Assembly (NCBI RefSeq): GCF_963921235.1 | Contig: NC_086097.1 | Location: 30,258,001 to 30,322,000 of the forward strand | Source of the DNA: Mobula hypostoma | Lineage: Eukaryota | Length of the DNA stretch: 64,000 nucleotides | Direction: 5' to 3' | Part shown: piece by piece, positions 22,282 through 35,402 of the stretch | Layout of the letters: each line of letters opens with the position of its first letter | Numbering within the stretch: the stretch's first letter is position 1 | Translations under genes and position numbers: made by a program | Notes under the pieces: generated by a model | Databases searched by the model: none | Seen by the model: the letters and a program-made list of their open reading frames with translations, nothing else | What the model was told of the DNA's origin: nothing

Positions 22282-25050
22282 CATAGAACATAGAATAGTA
22301 CAGCACAGTACAGGCCCTTCGGCCCACAGTGTTGTGCCGACCCTCAAACCCTGCCTCCCATATAAGCCCCCACCATAGATTCCTCCATATACCTGTCTAG
22401 TAGTCTCTTAAACTTCACTAGTGTATCTGCCTCCACCACTGACTCAGGCAGTGCATTCCACGCACCAACCACTCTCTGAGTAAAAAACCTTCCTCTAATA
22501 TCGCCCTTGAACTTCCCACCCCTTACCTTAAAGCCATGTCCTCTTGTATTGAGCAGTGGTGCCCTGGGGAAGAGGCACAGGCTATCCACTCTATCTATTC
22601 CTCTTATTATCTTGTACACCTCTATCATGTCTCCTCTCATCCTCCTTCTCTCCAAAGAGTAAAGCCCTAGCTCCCTTAATCTCTGATCATAATGCATACT
22701 TTCTAAACCAGGCAGCATCCTGGTAAATCTCCTCTGTACCCTTTCCAATGCTTCCTATAGTGAGGTGACCAGAACTGGACACAGTACTCCAAGTGTGGCC
22801 TAACCAGAGTTTTATAGAGCTGCATCATTACATCGCGACTCTTAAACTCTATCCCTCGACTTATGAAAGCTAACACCCCATAAGCTTTCTTAACTACCCT
22901 ATCCACCTGTGAGGCAACTTTCAGAGATCTGTGGACATGTACCCCGAGATCCCTCTGCTCCTCCACACTACCAAATATCCTGCCATTTACTTTGTACTCT
23001 GCCTTGGAGTTTGTCCTTCCAAAGTGTACCACCTCATACTTCTCCGGGTTGAACTCCATCTGCCACTTCTCAGCCCACTTCTGCACCCTATCAATGTCCC
23101 TCTGCAATCTTTGACAATCCTCTACACTATCTACAACACCACCAACCTTTGTGTCGTCTGCAAACTTGCCAACCCACCCTTCTACCCCCACATCCAGGTC
23201 GTTAATAAAAATCACGAAAAGTGATCAGATCCTTGTGGGACACCACTAGTCACAATCCTCCAATCTGAATGTACTCCCTCCACCACCACCCTCTGCCTTC
23301 TGCAGGCAAGCCAATTCTGAATCCACCTGGCCAAACTTCCCTGGATCCCATGCCTTCTAACTTTCTGAATAAGCCTACCGTGTGGAACCTTGTCAAACGC
23401 CTTACTAAAATCCATATAGATCACATCCACTGCACTACCCTCATCTATATGCCTGGTCACCTCCTCAAAGAACTCTATCAGGCTTGTTAGACACGATCTG
23501 CCCTTCACAAAGCCATGCTGACTGTCCCTGATCAGACCATGATTCTCTAAATGCCTATAGATCCTATCTCTAAGAATCTTTTTCAACAGCTTTCCCACCA
23601 CAGACGTAAGGCTCACTGGTCTATAATTACCCGGACTATCCCTACTACCTTTTTTGAACAAGGGAACAACATTCGCCTCCCTCCAATCCTCCGGTACCAT
23701 TCCCATGGACAACGAGGACATAAAGATCCTAGCCAGAGGCTCAGCAATCTCTTCTCTTGCCTCGTGGAGCAGCCTGGGGAATATTCCGTCAGGCCCCGGG
23801 GACTTATCTGTCCTAATGTATTTTAATAACTCCAACACCTCCTCTCCCTTAATATCAGCATGCTCCAGAACATCAACCTCACTCATATTGTCCTCACCAT
23901 CATCAAGTTCCCTCTCATTGGTGAATACCGAAGAGAAGTATTCATTGAAGACCTCACTCACTTCCACAGCCTCCAGGCACATCTTCCCACCTTTAACTCT
24001 AATCGGTCCTACCTTCACTCCTGTCATCCTTTTTTTCTTCACATAATTGAAGAATGCCTTGGGGTTTTCCTTTACCCTACTCGCCAAGGCCTTCTCATGC
24101 CCCCTTCTTGCTCTTCTCAGCCCCTTCTTAAGCTCCTTTCTTGCTTCCCTATATTCCTCAATAGACCCATCTGATCCTTGCTTCCTAAACCTCATGTATG
24201 CTGCCTTCTTCCACCTGACTAGATTTTCCACCTCACTTGTCACCCATGGTTCCTTCACCCTACCATTCTTTATCTTCCTCACCGGGACAAATTTATCCCT
24301 TACATCCCGCAAGAGATCTCTAAACATCGACCACATGTCCATAGTACATTTCCCTGCAAAAACATCATCCCAATTCACACCCGCAAGTTCTAGCCTTATA
24401 GCCTCATAATTTGCCTTTCCCCAATTAAAAATTTTCCTGTCCTCTTTGATTCTATCCTTTTCCATGATAATTATAAAGGCCAGGGAGTGGTGGTCACTGT
24501 CCCCCAGATGCTCACCCACTGAGAGATCTGTGACCTGACCCGGTTCATTACCTAGTACTAGATCTAGTATGGCATTCCCCCTGGTCAGCCTGTCCACATA
24601 CTGTGACAGGAATCCATCCTGGACACACTTAACAAATTCTGCACCATCTAAACCCTTGGAACTAATCAGGTGCCAATCAATATTAGGGAAGTTAAAGACA
24701 CCCATGATAACAACCCCGTTATTTTTGCACCTTTCCAAAATCTGCATCCCAATCTGCTCCTCTATATCTCTGCTGCTACCAGGGGGTCTATAGAATACCC
24801 TCAGTAGAGTAACTGCTCCCTTCCTGTTCCTGACTTCCACCCATACTGACTCAAAAGAGGATCCTGCTACATTACCGACCCTTTCTGTAGCTGTAATAGT
24901 ATCCCTGACCAGTAATGCCACCCCTTCTCCCCTTTTTCCGCCCTCTCTATCCCTTTTAAAGCACTGAAATCCAGGAATATTGAGAATCCATTCCTGCCCT
25001 GGTGCCAGCCAAGTCTCTGTAATGGCCACTACATCATAATTCCATGTATT
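22282..25050 (-). mobile_element. CR1 LINE, near-complete ORF2 with few disablements
   Basis: VAITETW, GDSDH, KSPGPDGI, DFSKAFD and KFADD motifs across ORFs 23212-25101, 22703-23215 and 22344-22748. Confidence 0.95.
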
Positions 25051-25431
25051 TATATGGGAAAAATTTGTGAGTGTACGCAGACCCAAAAAATAACCTACCA
25101 AATCATGCCAAATAACACATAAAACCTAAAATACCAGTAGCATATAGTAAAAGCAGGAATGATATGATAAATATACAGCCTATATTAAGTAGAAATACTT
25201 CTCTGCAATCATTGCTGCACTGTTCACCATAGCGAAAATCTCACGCAAGCGCTCTCGGCAGAAACACTCAGCACACCCTGACTAATCAACAATCTATCAA
25301 CCTCCACTTTAAATACACCCGATGACCTGGCCTCCACAGCCTCTTGTGGTAACAAATTCCATAGATTCACAACCCTCTGTTAAAGAAATTCCTGCTCATC
25401 TCTGTTCTAAATGGAAATCCCTCTATTTATA

Positions 25432-26295
25432 CATTGTACTTTATTGTCACCAAACAATTGATACTAGAACATACAATCATCACAGCGATATTTGATTCTG
25501 CGCTTCCCGCTCCCTGGAGTACAAATATTAAATATTAAAAATTTAAATTATAAATCGTAAGTAGAAAATAGAAAATGTAAAGTAAGGTAGTGCAAAAAAA
25601 CCGAGAGGCAGGTCCGGATATTTGGAGGGTACGGCCCAGATCCTGGTCAGGATCTGTTCAGCAGTCTTATTACAGTTGGAAAGAAGCTGTTCCCAAATCT
25701 GGCCGTATGAGTCTTCAAGCTCCTGAGCCTTCTCCCGGAGGGAAGAGGGATGAAAAGTGTGTTGGCTGGGTGGGTCATGTCCTTGATTATCCTGGCAGCA
25801 CTGCTCGAACAGTGTGCGATGTAAAGTGAGTCCAAGGACAGAAGATTGGTTTGTGTGATGTGCTGCACCGTGTTCACGATCTTCTGCAGCTTCTTCCAGT
25901 CTTGGACAGGACAACTTCCATACCAGGTTGTGGGTGCACCCTAGAAGAATGCTTTCTACGGTGCATCTATAAAAATTAGTGAGGGTTTAGGGGACAGGCC
26001 AAATTTCTTTAGTTTCCTCAGGAAGTAAAGGCGCTGGTGGGCCTTCTTGGCAGTGAACTCTGCTTGGTTGGACCAAGTCAGGTCATTTGTGATATTGACC
26101 CCGAGGAACTTAAAGCTTTTGACCTGTTCAACTTGCGCACCACCGATGTAAATTGGGTCGTGCAGTCTGCTACTCCTTCTGAAGTCAACAACCAATTCCT
26201 TTGTCTTGCTGACTTTGAGGGATAGATTATTGTCTTCGCGACATGCCACCAGGTTCGTAATTTCCTCTCTGTACTCAAACTCATCATTACTCGAG
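25432..26295 (-). mobile_element. Rex1-like LINE 3' part nested in CR1
   Basis: KTKELVVDFRR and KKAHQRLYFLRKL motifs; AATAAA tail on the minus strand. Confidence 0.85.
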
Positions 26296-29200
26296 ATATT
26301 TTGAGGTTGTGCCATCTGGTCCAAGACTCTCCCACCAAAGGAAGAGTCCTCTCCACATCCATTTCATCTGGGCTCTTCAACATTTGATGGGATTCAGTGA
26401 GATTCCCCTCATTCTTCTAAATTCCAGTGAGTACAGGCCCAGAGCCTTCGATCACTGCTTATATGATAACCCTTTCATTCTTGGAATCACTCTTGTAAAC
26501 CTCCCCTGAACCTTCTCAAGTGTCAGCACATCTTTTCTTAAATAAGGGCCCAAAACCACTCACAATACTCCAAGTGAGGCCTCACCAGTGCCTTATACAG
26601 CCTCAACATTACATCCTTACTTTTATATTCTAGTCCTTTTGAAATGAACGTTAGCATTGCATTCACCCCCCTCACTGCTGATTCCACCTGCAAATTAACC
26701 TTTAGGAAATCCTGCACAAGGACTCCTGAATCCTTTTGCACCTCGGATATTTGAATTTTCTTCCCATTTAGAAAATAATCTGCACTTTTATTCCTTCTAC
26801 CAAAGTGCATGACCATACACTTCCTGACACTGTATTCCATCTGCCACTTCTTGGCCCATCCTCCTAATCTGCTTAAGTCTTTCTGCTGCCTCTCTGCTTC
26901 CTCAACATGACCTGCCCCTCCACAAGCTTCTGTATCATTCACAAACTTGGCTACAAAACCATCAATTTCATCATCCAAATTATTGACATACACCGTAAAA
27001 AGAAGCAGTCCAAGACACATCCCTGTGGTATACCACTAACCACCAAAAAGGATCTATTTATTCCCACTCTTTGCCTCCTGTTAATCAGTCAATGGTCTAT
27101 CCATGCTAGTCTCTTTCCTGTAATACCAGTGGCTCTTATCTTGTTTAGCCGTCTCATGTGTGGCACCTTGTCAAATGCCTTCTGAAAATCCAAGTACACA
27201 AAATTCACCAATTCTCCTTTGTCTATGCTGCTTGATATTTCTTCAAAAAATTCCAACAAATTTGTCAGAAAAAATTTTCCCTTAAGGAAACCATGCTGAC
27301 TTTGGCTTATTTTGCCATGTACCTCCAAGTACCCCAAAATCACATCCTTAACAGTCAACTCCAACATCGTTCTAACCACTGAGTTCTGGCTAAATGGCCT
27401 TTCCTTCTGCCTCCTTGAAGAGTGGAACGGCATTTGCAATTTTCCAATCTTCTGGAACCAATGCAAAATCTAGTAATTCTTGAAAGATCATTACGGATGT
27501 GTTCACAATCTCTTCAGCCACCTCCTTCAGAACCCTGGTGTGGAGACCCTCTGGTGACTTCAGACCTTCAGACCTTTCAGTTCCCAAGCACCTTCCATCG
27601 TAACAGCAACTGCTCTCACTTTTGCCCCGACACTGTCTAACTTGTAGTATACTACAGTGTCTTTTATAGTGAAGACTGATGCAGAATGCTTATTCGCTTC
27701 ATCTGTCATTTCCTCGTCCTCCATTACTATCTCTCCAGCATCATTTTCCAATGGTCCAATATCTACTCTTGCCTCTCTCCTAGTCTTTATATATCTGAAA
27801 AAACTTTTGCCATCATTTTTGATATTATCGCTGGCTTACCTTCAAATTTAATCCTCCCCCTGCCCCAATGGTTTTTTCAGTTGCCTTTTGTTGGTTTTAA
27901 AAGATTTCCCAATCCTCGAACTTCCCACTAATGTTTTGTTCTTTTGCTTTTATGCTGGCCTTGACTTCCCTTGTCGGCCACAGTTGCATCATCCTGCTTT
28001 AGAATACTTCCTCTTCTTTGGGGTGTATCTTTCCTGGGCCTTCCGAATGCTCCCAGAAACTCCAGCCGTTGCTGCTCCGCCATCATCCCTGCTAGTGTTA
28101 CCTTTCAATCCCTTCTGTCATGCCTCTCCACCATAGCACTGATACATCTGACTTTAGTTTCTCCCTCTCAAATTGCAGGGTAAATTCTATCATATTATGA
28201 TCACTATTTCCTAAGAATTCTATTACCTTAACCACTCTAATCAAATTCAGTTCATTACTCCACACCCAATCCAGAATTACTGATCCCGTAGTGGGCTCAA
28301 CCACAAGTCGTATTGGAGGCATTCCATAAGTTCTCTCCCTTGGGATTGAGCATCAACTTGATTTTCCCAATCTATCTGCATATTGAAATCCCTCCCCCCC
28401 CACCGCCATAAATAACATAACATTGCCTTTTTGACATGCTTTTTCTATCTCCCACTGTAATTTGTAGACTATATCCTGGTTACTGTTTGGAGGCCTGCAG
28501 ATGACTCTCATCAGGGTCTTCTTGCCTTACTGTTTCTTTACTCTACCCACAAGGATTCTACAAGTTCCAATCCTATGTCACCTTTTCTAAAGATTTGATT
28601 TCATATTTTACTAGCATAGCTACTCCTTCTTCTCTACCCACCAGCCTGTCCTCTCAATAGATTGTGTATCCTTGGATATTAAGCTCTGAATTACAATCAT
28701 CTTTCAGCCATGACTCCGTGGTACCCACAACGTCATACTAACTGCGCTACAAGATCATCCACCTTATTTCATATTCTGTATGCGTTCATATTTCACACCT
28801 TCACTCCTGGATTTGTCACCCTTTTCAGTTTTGTCCCTCTTTTACACCACAACCCATCCCTCCCACTACAATTTTGCCCTCGCCTCTGCCTGTCCCTCCT
28901 GTTTACCTCTGCTTGTAAACCAACTACCCCATCACTCCAGTTCCCATCCCTCTGTCAAATTGGTTTAAACCTCTCCCAACGGCTCCAGCAACCCTGCCTG
29001 CAAGGACATTGGACCTGCTCGGACTCAGATGTAACCGGTCCCTTTTGTACACATCATTCCTTCCTCAGAAGAGATCCCAGTGATACAGAAATCTGAAACC
29101 CTTCCCCCTTGTACCAGTTCTTCAGTCACGTTTTCACCAGCCAAGTCATCCTATTCTTGTCCTCACTGGTGTGTCGCACAGGCAGGCAACCCGGAGATTG

Positions 29201-29429
29201 TTACCCTGGAGGTCCTGCTTTTCAGCTCTCCAAATTCCCTCTTTAGGACCTCCTCTCTTTTCCTTGCTAAGTCATTGGTCCCAATATGTCCCAAGATGTC
29301 TGGCTTCTCACTCTCCCCCTTTAGAATGCCATGGACATGCACTGAGAAGTCCCAGAGCCTGGCACCTGGGAGGCAGCATATCATCCGGGTCTCTCTATTG
29401 TGTCCACAGGCTCTCCTATCTACTCAATA

Positions 29430-30035
29430 AACAATAGACAATAGGTGCAACAGTAGGCCATTCGGCCCTTCGAGCCAGCACCGCCATTCACTGTGATCAT
29501 GGCTGATCATCCACAATCAGTATCCACTTCCTGCCTTCTCCCCATATCCCTTGACTCAGCTATCATTAAGAGCTCTATCTAACTCTTTCTTGAAAGCATC
29601 CAGAGAATTGGTCTCCACTGCCTTCTGAAGCAGAGCATTCTACAGATCCACAACTCTCTGGGTGAAAAAAATTTTCCCCAACTCCGTTCTAAATGGCCTA
29701 CCCCTTATTCTCAAATTGTGGCCTCTGGTTCTGGACTCCTCCAACATCGGGAACATGTTTCCTGCCTCTAGTGTGTCCAATCCCTTAATAATCTTATATG
29801 TTTCAATCAGATCCCCTCTCATCCTTCTGAATTCCAGAGTATGCAAGCCCAGTCGCTCCAATCTTTCAACATATGACAGTCCCGCCATCCTGGGAATTAA
29901 CCTCGTGAACCCCTGCTGCACTCCCTCAGTAGCAAGAATATCCTTCCTCAAATTTGGAGACAAAAACTGTACACAATACTCCAGGTGTGGTCTCACCAGG
30001 GCCCTGTACAACTGCAGAAGGACCTCTTTGCTCCT
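29430..30035 (-). mobile_element. CR1 3' fragment nested in CR1 ORF1
   Basis: LYRALVRPHLEYCVQF...RMRGDLIE motif. Confidence 0.85.
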
Positions 30036-30837
30036 CAAACTATGCAATCTCCTACCACTACAGCATTCTTCCTCTGGCCCCTTCATCTCTCAGCCACAGC
30101 ACCTGCAGCTCCCCCTGGTAGGTTGCTGACCCCCACCCACAGTAGGTCATCTCCCCCCAACAGTATCCAAAATATATTTATTATTGAGGGGACTGACCAT
30201 AGGGGTACTCTGTACTGGCTGCCTATTTCTGTTCCCTCTCCAGACAGTCACCCAGTCACCTGCCTCTTGCAACTTAGGGGTGGCTGCCTCCCTGTAATTC
30301 CTACCTATCACCTCCTCAGTCTCCCGTATGAGCGGAAGATCAGTGAGTTGCAGCTCCAGTTCTTTAACACGGTCTCTGAGGACAGCAGCTCGGTGCGTCT
30401 GGTGCAGATGAGGTTATCCAGGTGGCTGGAGGCCTTGCAGAATTCCCACATCCCACACACAGGACAAAACACTGCCCCTGGAGCCACTCTCACTGCTGTA
30501 ACAGATGCGGAATGAGCAAGGAAGAGGTTATCAAATACTTGGATCGCCCACACCTGTTGAGCCAAAGCCAAAAGCCTCCCCACTGATCACTGAGTGTTGG
30601 AAGTTCAGAGGGGTGACCTTACGGAGGTGTTTACAGTCATGAGGGGCATAGATCAAGTAAATACACACAGAATTTCCCCAGGCAAAATGAACCAAAACTA
30701 GAAGGCATAGATTCAGGGTGAAAGGGGAAAAATTAAAAAGAGGCCTAAGGGTAATTTCTTCAAGGAGAGGGCAATGGGTGTATGGAACGAGCTGCAGGAG
30801 GAAGTGGTTGAGATGAGTACAATAAGAACATATAAAC

Positions 30838-32603
30838 GTATAACCATATAACAGTTACAGCACAGAAACAGGCCATCTTGGCCCTTCTAGTCCGTGTCAA
30901 ATTCTTACCCTATCCTAGTCCCACCGACCTGCACTCAGCCCATAACCCTCCATTCCTTTCCTGTCCGTATATCTATCCAATTTAACTTTAAACAACAACA
31001 TAGAACCTGCCTCAACCACTTCTGCTGGAAGCTCATTCCACACAGCTACCACTCTCTGAGTAAAGAAGATCCCCCTCATGTTACCCCTAAACTTTTGTCC
31101 TCTAACTCTCAACCCATGTCCTCTTGTTTGAATCTTCGCCATTCTCAATGGAAAAAGTCTAACCACGTCAACTTTATCTACCCCCCTCAATTTTAAACAC
31201 CTCTATCAAGTCCCCCCTCAACCTTCTACGCTCCAAAGAATAAAGACCTAACTTGTTCAACCTTTCTCTGTAACTTAGGAGATGAAACCCAGGCAACATT
31301 TTAGTAAACCTCCTCTGTACGCTCTCAATTTTATTGACATCTTTCCCATAATTCGGTGACCAGAACTGTACACAATACTCCAGATTTTGCCTTACCAATG
31401 CCTTATACAAATTCAACATTACATCCCAACTCCTATACTCAATGCTCTGATTAATAAAGGCCAGCAAACCAAAAGCTTTCTTCACCACCCTATCCACATG
31501 AGATTCCATCTTCAGGGAACTATGCACTATTATTTCTAGATCCCTCTGTTCTACTGCATTCTTCAATGCCCTACCATTTACCATGTATGTCCTATTTTGA
31601 TTAGTTCTACCAAAATGTAGCACCTCACATTTTTCTGCATTAAACTCCATCTGCCATCTTTCAGCCCACTCTTCTAACTGGCATAAATCTCTCTGCAAGT
31701 TTTGAAAACCTACCTCATCATCCACAACACCACCTATCTTAGTATCATCTGCATACTTACTAATCCAATTTACCACCCCATCATCCAGATCATTAATATA
31801 TTTTACAAACAACATTGGACCCAGTACAGATCCCTGAGGCACACCGCTACACACCGTCCTCCAATCTGACACACTGTTATCCACCACTACTCTCTGGCGT
31901 CTCCCATCTAGCCACTGCTGAATCCATTTTACTACTTCCATACTAATGCCTAACGATTGAATCTTCCTAACTAACCTTCCATGTGGAACCTTGTCAAAGG
32001 CCTTACTGAAGTCCATATAGACAACATCCACCATTTTACCCTCGTCAACTTTCTTAGTAACCTCATCAAAAAAATCAATAAGATTTGTCAAACATGACCT
32101 TCCACGCACAAATCCATGTTGACTGTTCCTAATCAGACCCTGTCTATCCAGATAATTATATATACCATCTCTGAGAATACTTTCCATCAATTTACCCACC
32201 ACTGACGTCAAACTCACAGGCCAATAATTACCAGGTTTACTCTTAGAGCCCTTTTTTAAACAATGGAACTATGTGAGCAATATGCCAATCCTCTGGCACC
32301 ATCCCCGTTTCTAATGACATTTGAAATATTTCTGTCAGAGCCCCTGCTATTTCCACACTAACTTCCCTCAAGGTCCTAGGGAATGTCTTGTCCGGACCCG
32401 GAGACTTATCCACTTTTATATTCCTTAAAAGTGCCAGTACTTCTTCTTCTATAATTGTCATACTTTCCATAAGTACCCTATTTGTTTCCTTTACCTTACA
32501 CAATTCAATATCCTTCTCCTTAGTGAATACCGAAGAAAAGAAATTGTTCAAAATCTCCCCCATCTCTTTTGGCTCCACACATAGCCGTCCACTTTGATTC
32601 TCA
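30838..32603 (-). mobile_element. 5'-truncated CR1 (RT region)
   Basis: ORF 31174-32217 with PQGSVLGP and KYADD motifs. Confidence 0.9.
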
Positions 32604-32639
32604 CATTTCAAAGACATTTGCATAAGACACATAAAAAAT

Positions 32640-33560
32640 TGCAACACAATTATGGGCCCTTCAGCGCTTGATGTTGTGCCGTCCTAGACAAACCAACACC
32701 ATGATCAATCAAACCCTTCCCACCTACACATCCCATAACCTTCCATGTGCCTGGTTAAGAGTCTCTGAAATGCCCCTTTTGTATCAGCCTCTACCAGCAC
32801 TGCCCCCCCACCCCCGCTCGTCAGTTTGTTCCATGCACCCACCACTCTCTGTGTAAAAAAGAACTACTTCTGACATCTCCCCTAAACATTCCCCCACTCC
32901 TGTTAAGTGGATACCCTCATAATCATATACACCTCTAACAAGTCACTTCTCATCCCACTTCACTCCAAAGAGAAAAGGCCTAACTTGCTCAATCTTTCCT
33001 CTCAAGACATGCTCTCTAATCCATGCAGCATCCTGGCGAATCTCCTCTCCACCCTCTCGAAACCTTCCACATCCTTCTTATAATCGGGCAGCCAGAACTG
33101 AACACAAATTTGAATGGGTCTAGAAACAGAGGTCATGACTTAAAGGCGAAAGGTGAAGTATTTAACAGGCTCTTGATGGGGAATCCCTTCATTCAGAGGG
33201 TGATGCAAATGTGGAATGAGCTATCAGCAGAAGTAGTGGATGTGGGTTCAATTGCAATGTTTAAGAGAAGTTTGGATAAGAGCTGTACATGAATAGGAGG
33301 GGGACGGAGGGCTATCGTCCAGGTGTGAAACAATGGGACTAGGCAGAATAACGGTTTGATATGGACTAGATGGACCAAATGGACTTTTTCTGTGTCAGAG
33401 TGCTCTATGACTCTATGCCTTGCCTGTCTAAAGGTCTCTTGATTTTGGAGATTGTTATCTGATTTCACCATGTTCCAGATATCAATCATTCTCTGTGTAA
33501 GGGAACTTCTCCCTCAGATCTCTTCGAAACTCCCTCCTCTCACTTTCAACTTTTGCCCTC
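32640..33560. mobile_element. Cluster of short CR1 3' fragments in both orientations
   Basis: SRNRGH...FIQRVM.MWNEL motifs and CR1-like 3' UTRs. Confidence 0.65.
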
Positions 33561-34911
33561 TGGTTTCTGATGCCCCGACCGTGGGAAGTATTTAACATGC
33601 TGACTGTATTAAAAAAAAACGCAGTTCTTGTGAAACCGTCATGTGACTCATTGATGGAGTATCCTCATCGTCAACTATTCTTATCAAGTCTGTACACAAA
33701 ACTCCAGGCCCACACTACCCAATAGCACTCTGTGATCTTGTAAAGACACTCAGAGCCGTATGACAATGGAAACCACCCCTTCGGCCCAACTTGTTCATGC
33801 TGACCAATATCTGAGGACATGGGAGGGATTATTTGGCAGGGAGATGTATCGAGAAGGACAGGGCTGAGGAGTTAATTCACAAGCAGCTGCAGTGTGTGGT
33901 GAGACTTTAAGGAAGGACAGGCAAACGGCAGGGCAAAGCTGCAGCTAGTAGGATGAGTCGAAGTCGAACATGTGGGCAAAGATGGAAGGGGTGATGAAGT
34001 CAGGAACGAAGGTGTTTGATTGCACGTATTTCATGGAATACGATTTTGAGGCACAGTTAGAGATTAGCAGGTATGATGTTGTTGGCATCACTGAGTCAAG
34101 GCTGAAAGAAGATCATAGTTGGGAGCCTAACAACCAACTACACACCATGTATCGAAAGGATGGGCAGGTAGACAGAGAGGGTGGGGTGGCTCTGTTGGTT
34201 AAAAATGAAATAAAATCCTTAAAAAGGATTGGAAGATGTAGAATCATTGTAGGTAGAGCTAAGAAACTTTAAGGGTAAGAAGGCCCTGATGGGAGTTAAA
34301 TACAGGCCTCCAAGTAGCACCCTGAAATAAGATGTGGGATACAAATTACAATGAGAGATAGAGAAGGCATGTAAAAAGGGCAATGTTACAATAGTCACAG
34401 GGAATTTCAATATGCGGGTAGATTGGGAATAGCAGGTTGGTGCTAGGGTTATTTGTAGAATGTCTACAAAAAAAGCTTTTTAGAGCAGCTTGTGGTTAGG
34501 TCACTAGGAGAAAAACAATTCTGCATTGGGTGTCGTGCAATGAACCATATTTGATTAGGGAACTTAAAGTAAAGGAATCCTTAGGAGGCAGTGATCATAA
34601 TACGATAGAATTCACCGTGCAGTTTGGGAGGGAGAAGATAAAGTCCGATGTATCAGTGTTAAAGTGGAGTAAGGGAATAACAGAGTAAGGGAATGAGAGG
34701 AGCTGGCCAAAGTTGATTGGAAGGGGACACTAGCACAGATGATGACAGAACAGCAAAGGCTGGACTTCCGGAGGCAATTTGGAGTAACAGGAGAGATACA
34801 TCCCAAAGATGAATTCTTAAGGGAGTTTGAGGCAACTGTGGCCGACAAGGGAATTCAAAGACCTCATAAAAGCAAAAGAGAGGGCATTTCATATTGAAAA
34901 AATTAGAGGGA

Positions 34912-35402
34912 AGTTAGATAGATACTTTATTGCTCCCAAAGGAAATGACAGTGTCACAGTAGCATTACAAGTGCACAAGTATACAAATATTAGAAGAGAA
35001 GTAAGAAAGAATAAAAAACATGTTACCTCAAACATCCCTTCCCAGTTATAAGTTGACTCATTATGGAGCCTAATGGCCGAGGATAAGAATGACCTCACAT
35101 AGCACTCTTTGGAGCAGTGCAGTTGTCTTAGCCCTATTACTAAAAGTGCTCCTCTGTTTAGCCAAGATGGCATGTAGAGGGTGAGAAACATTGTCCACAA
35201 CTGCCAGGACTTTCTGTAGGGTCCTTTGTTCCACCACAACCTCTAGTGTGTCCAGTTTGACTCCTATAACAGAGCCAGCCTTTCTAATCAGTTTATTGAG
35301 CCTGTTGGCATCACCACATAGAAGATTGTACCTGCGACAACAGACTGGTAGAACATGTGAAAGAGAGGTTCGCATACTCCAAAGGACCTCGGTCTACTCA
35401 GG
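34912..35402 (-). mobile_element. Rex1-like 3' fragment nested in CR1
   Basis: DANRLNKLIRKAGSV motif; AATAAA and a (tatc)n tail on the minus strand. Confidence 0.8.

Larger units (their letters stand above)
25280..30580 (-). mobile_element. Degraded full-length CR1 with ORF1 (zinc finger plus SGNH esterase) and ORF2, carrying two nested insertions
   Basis: CPVCGMWE near 30450, CCLPGAR...HIGTNDL near 29300, ORF2 remnants at 26300-28800. Confidence 0.85.
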
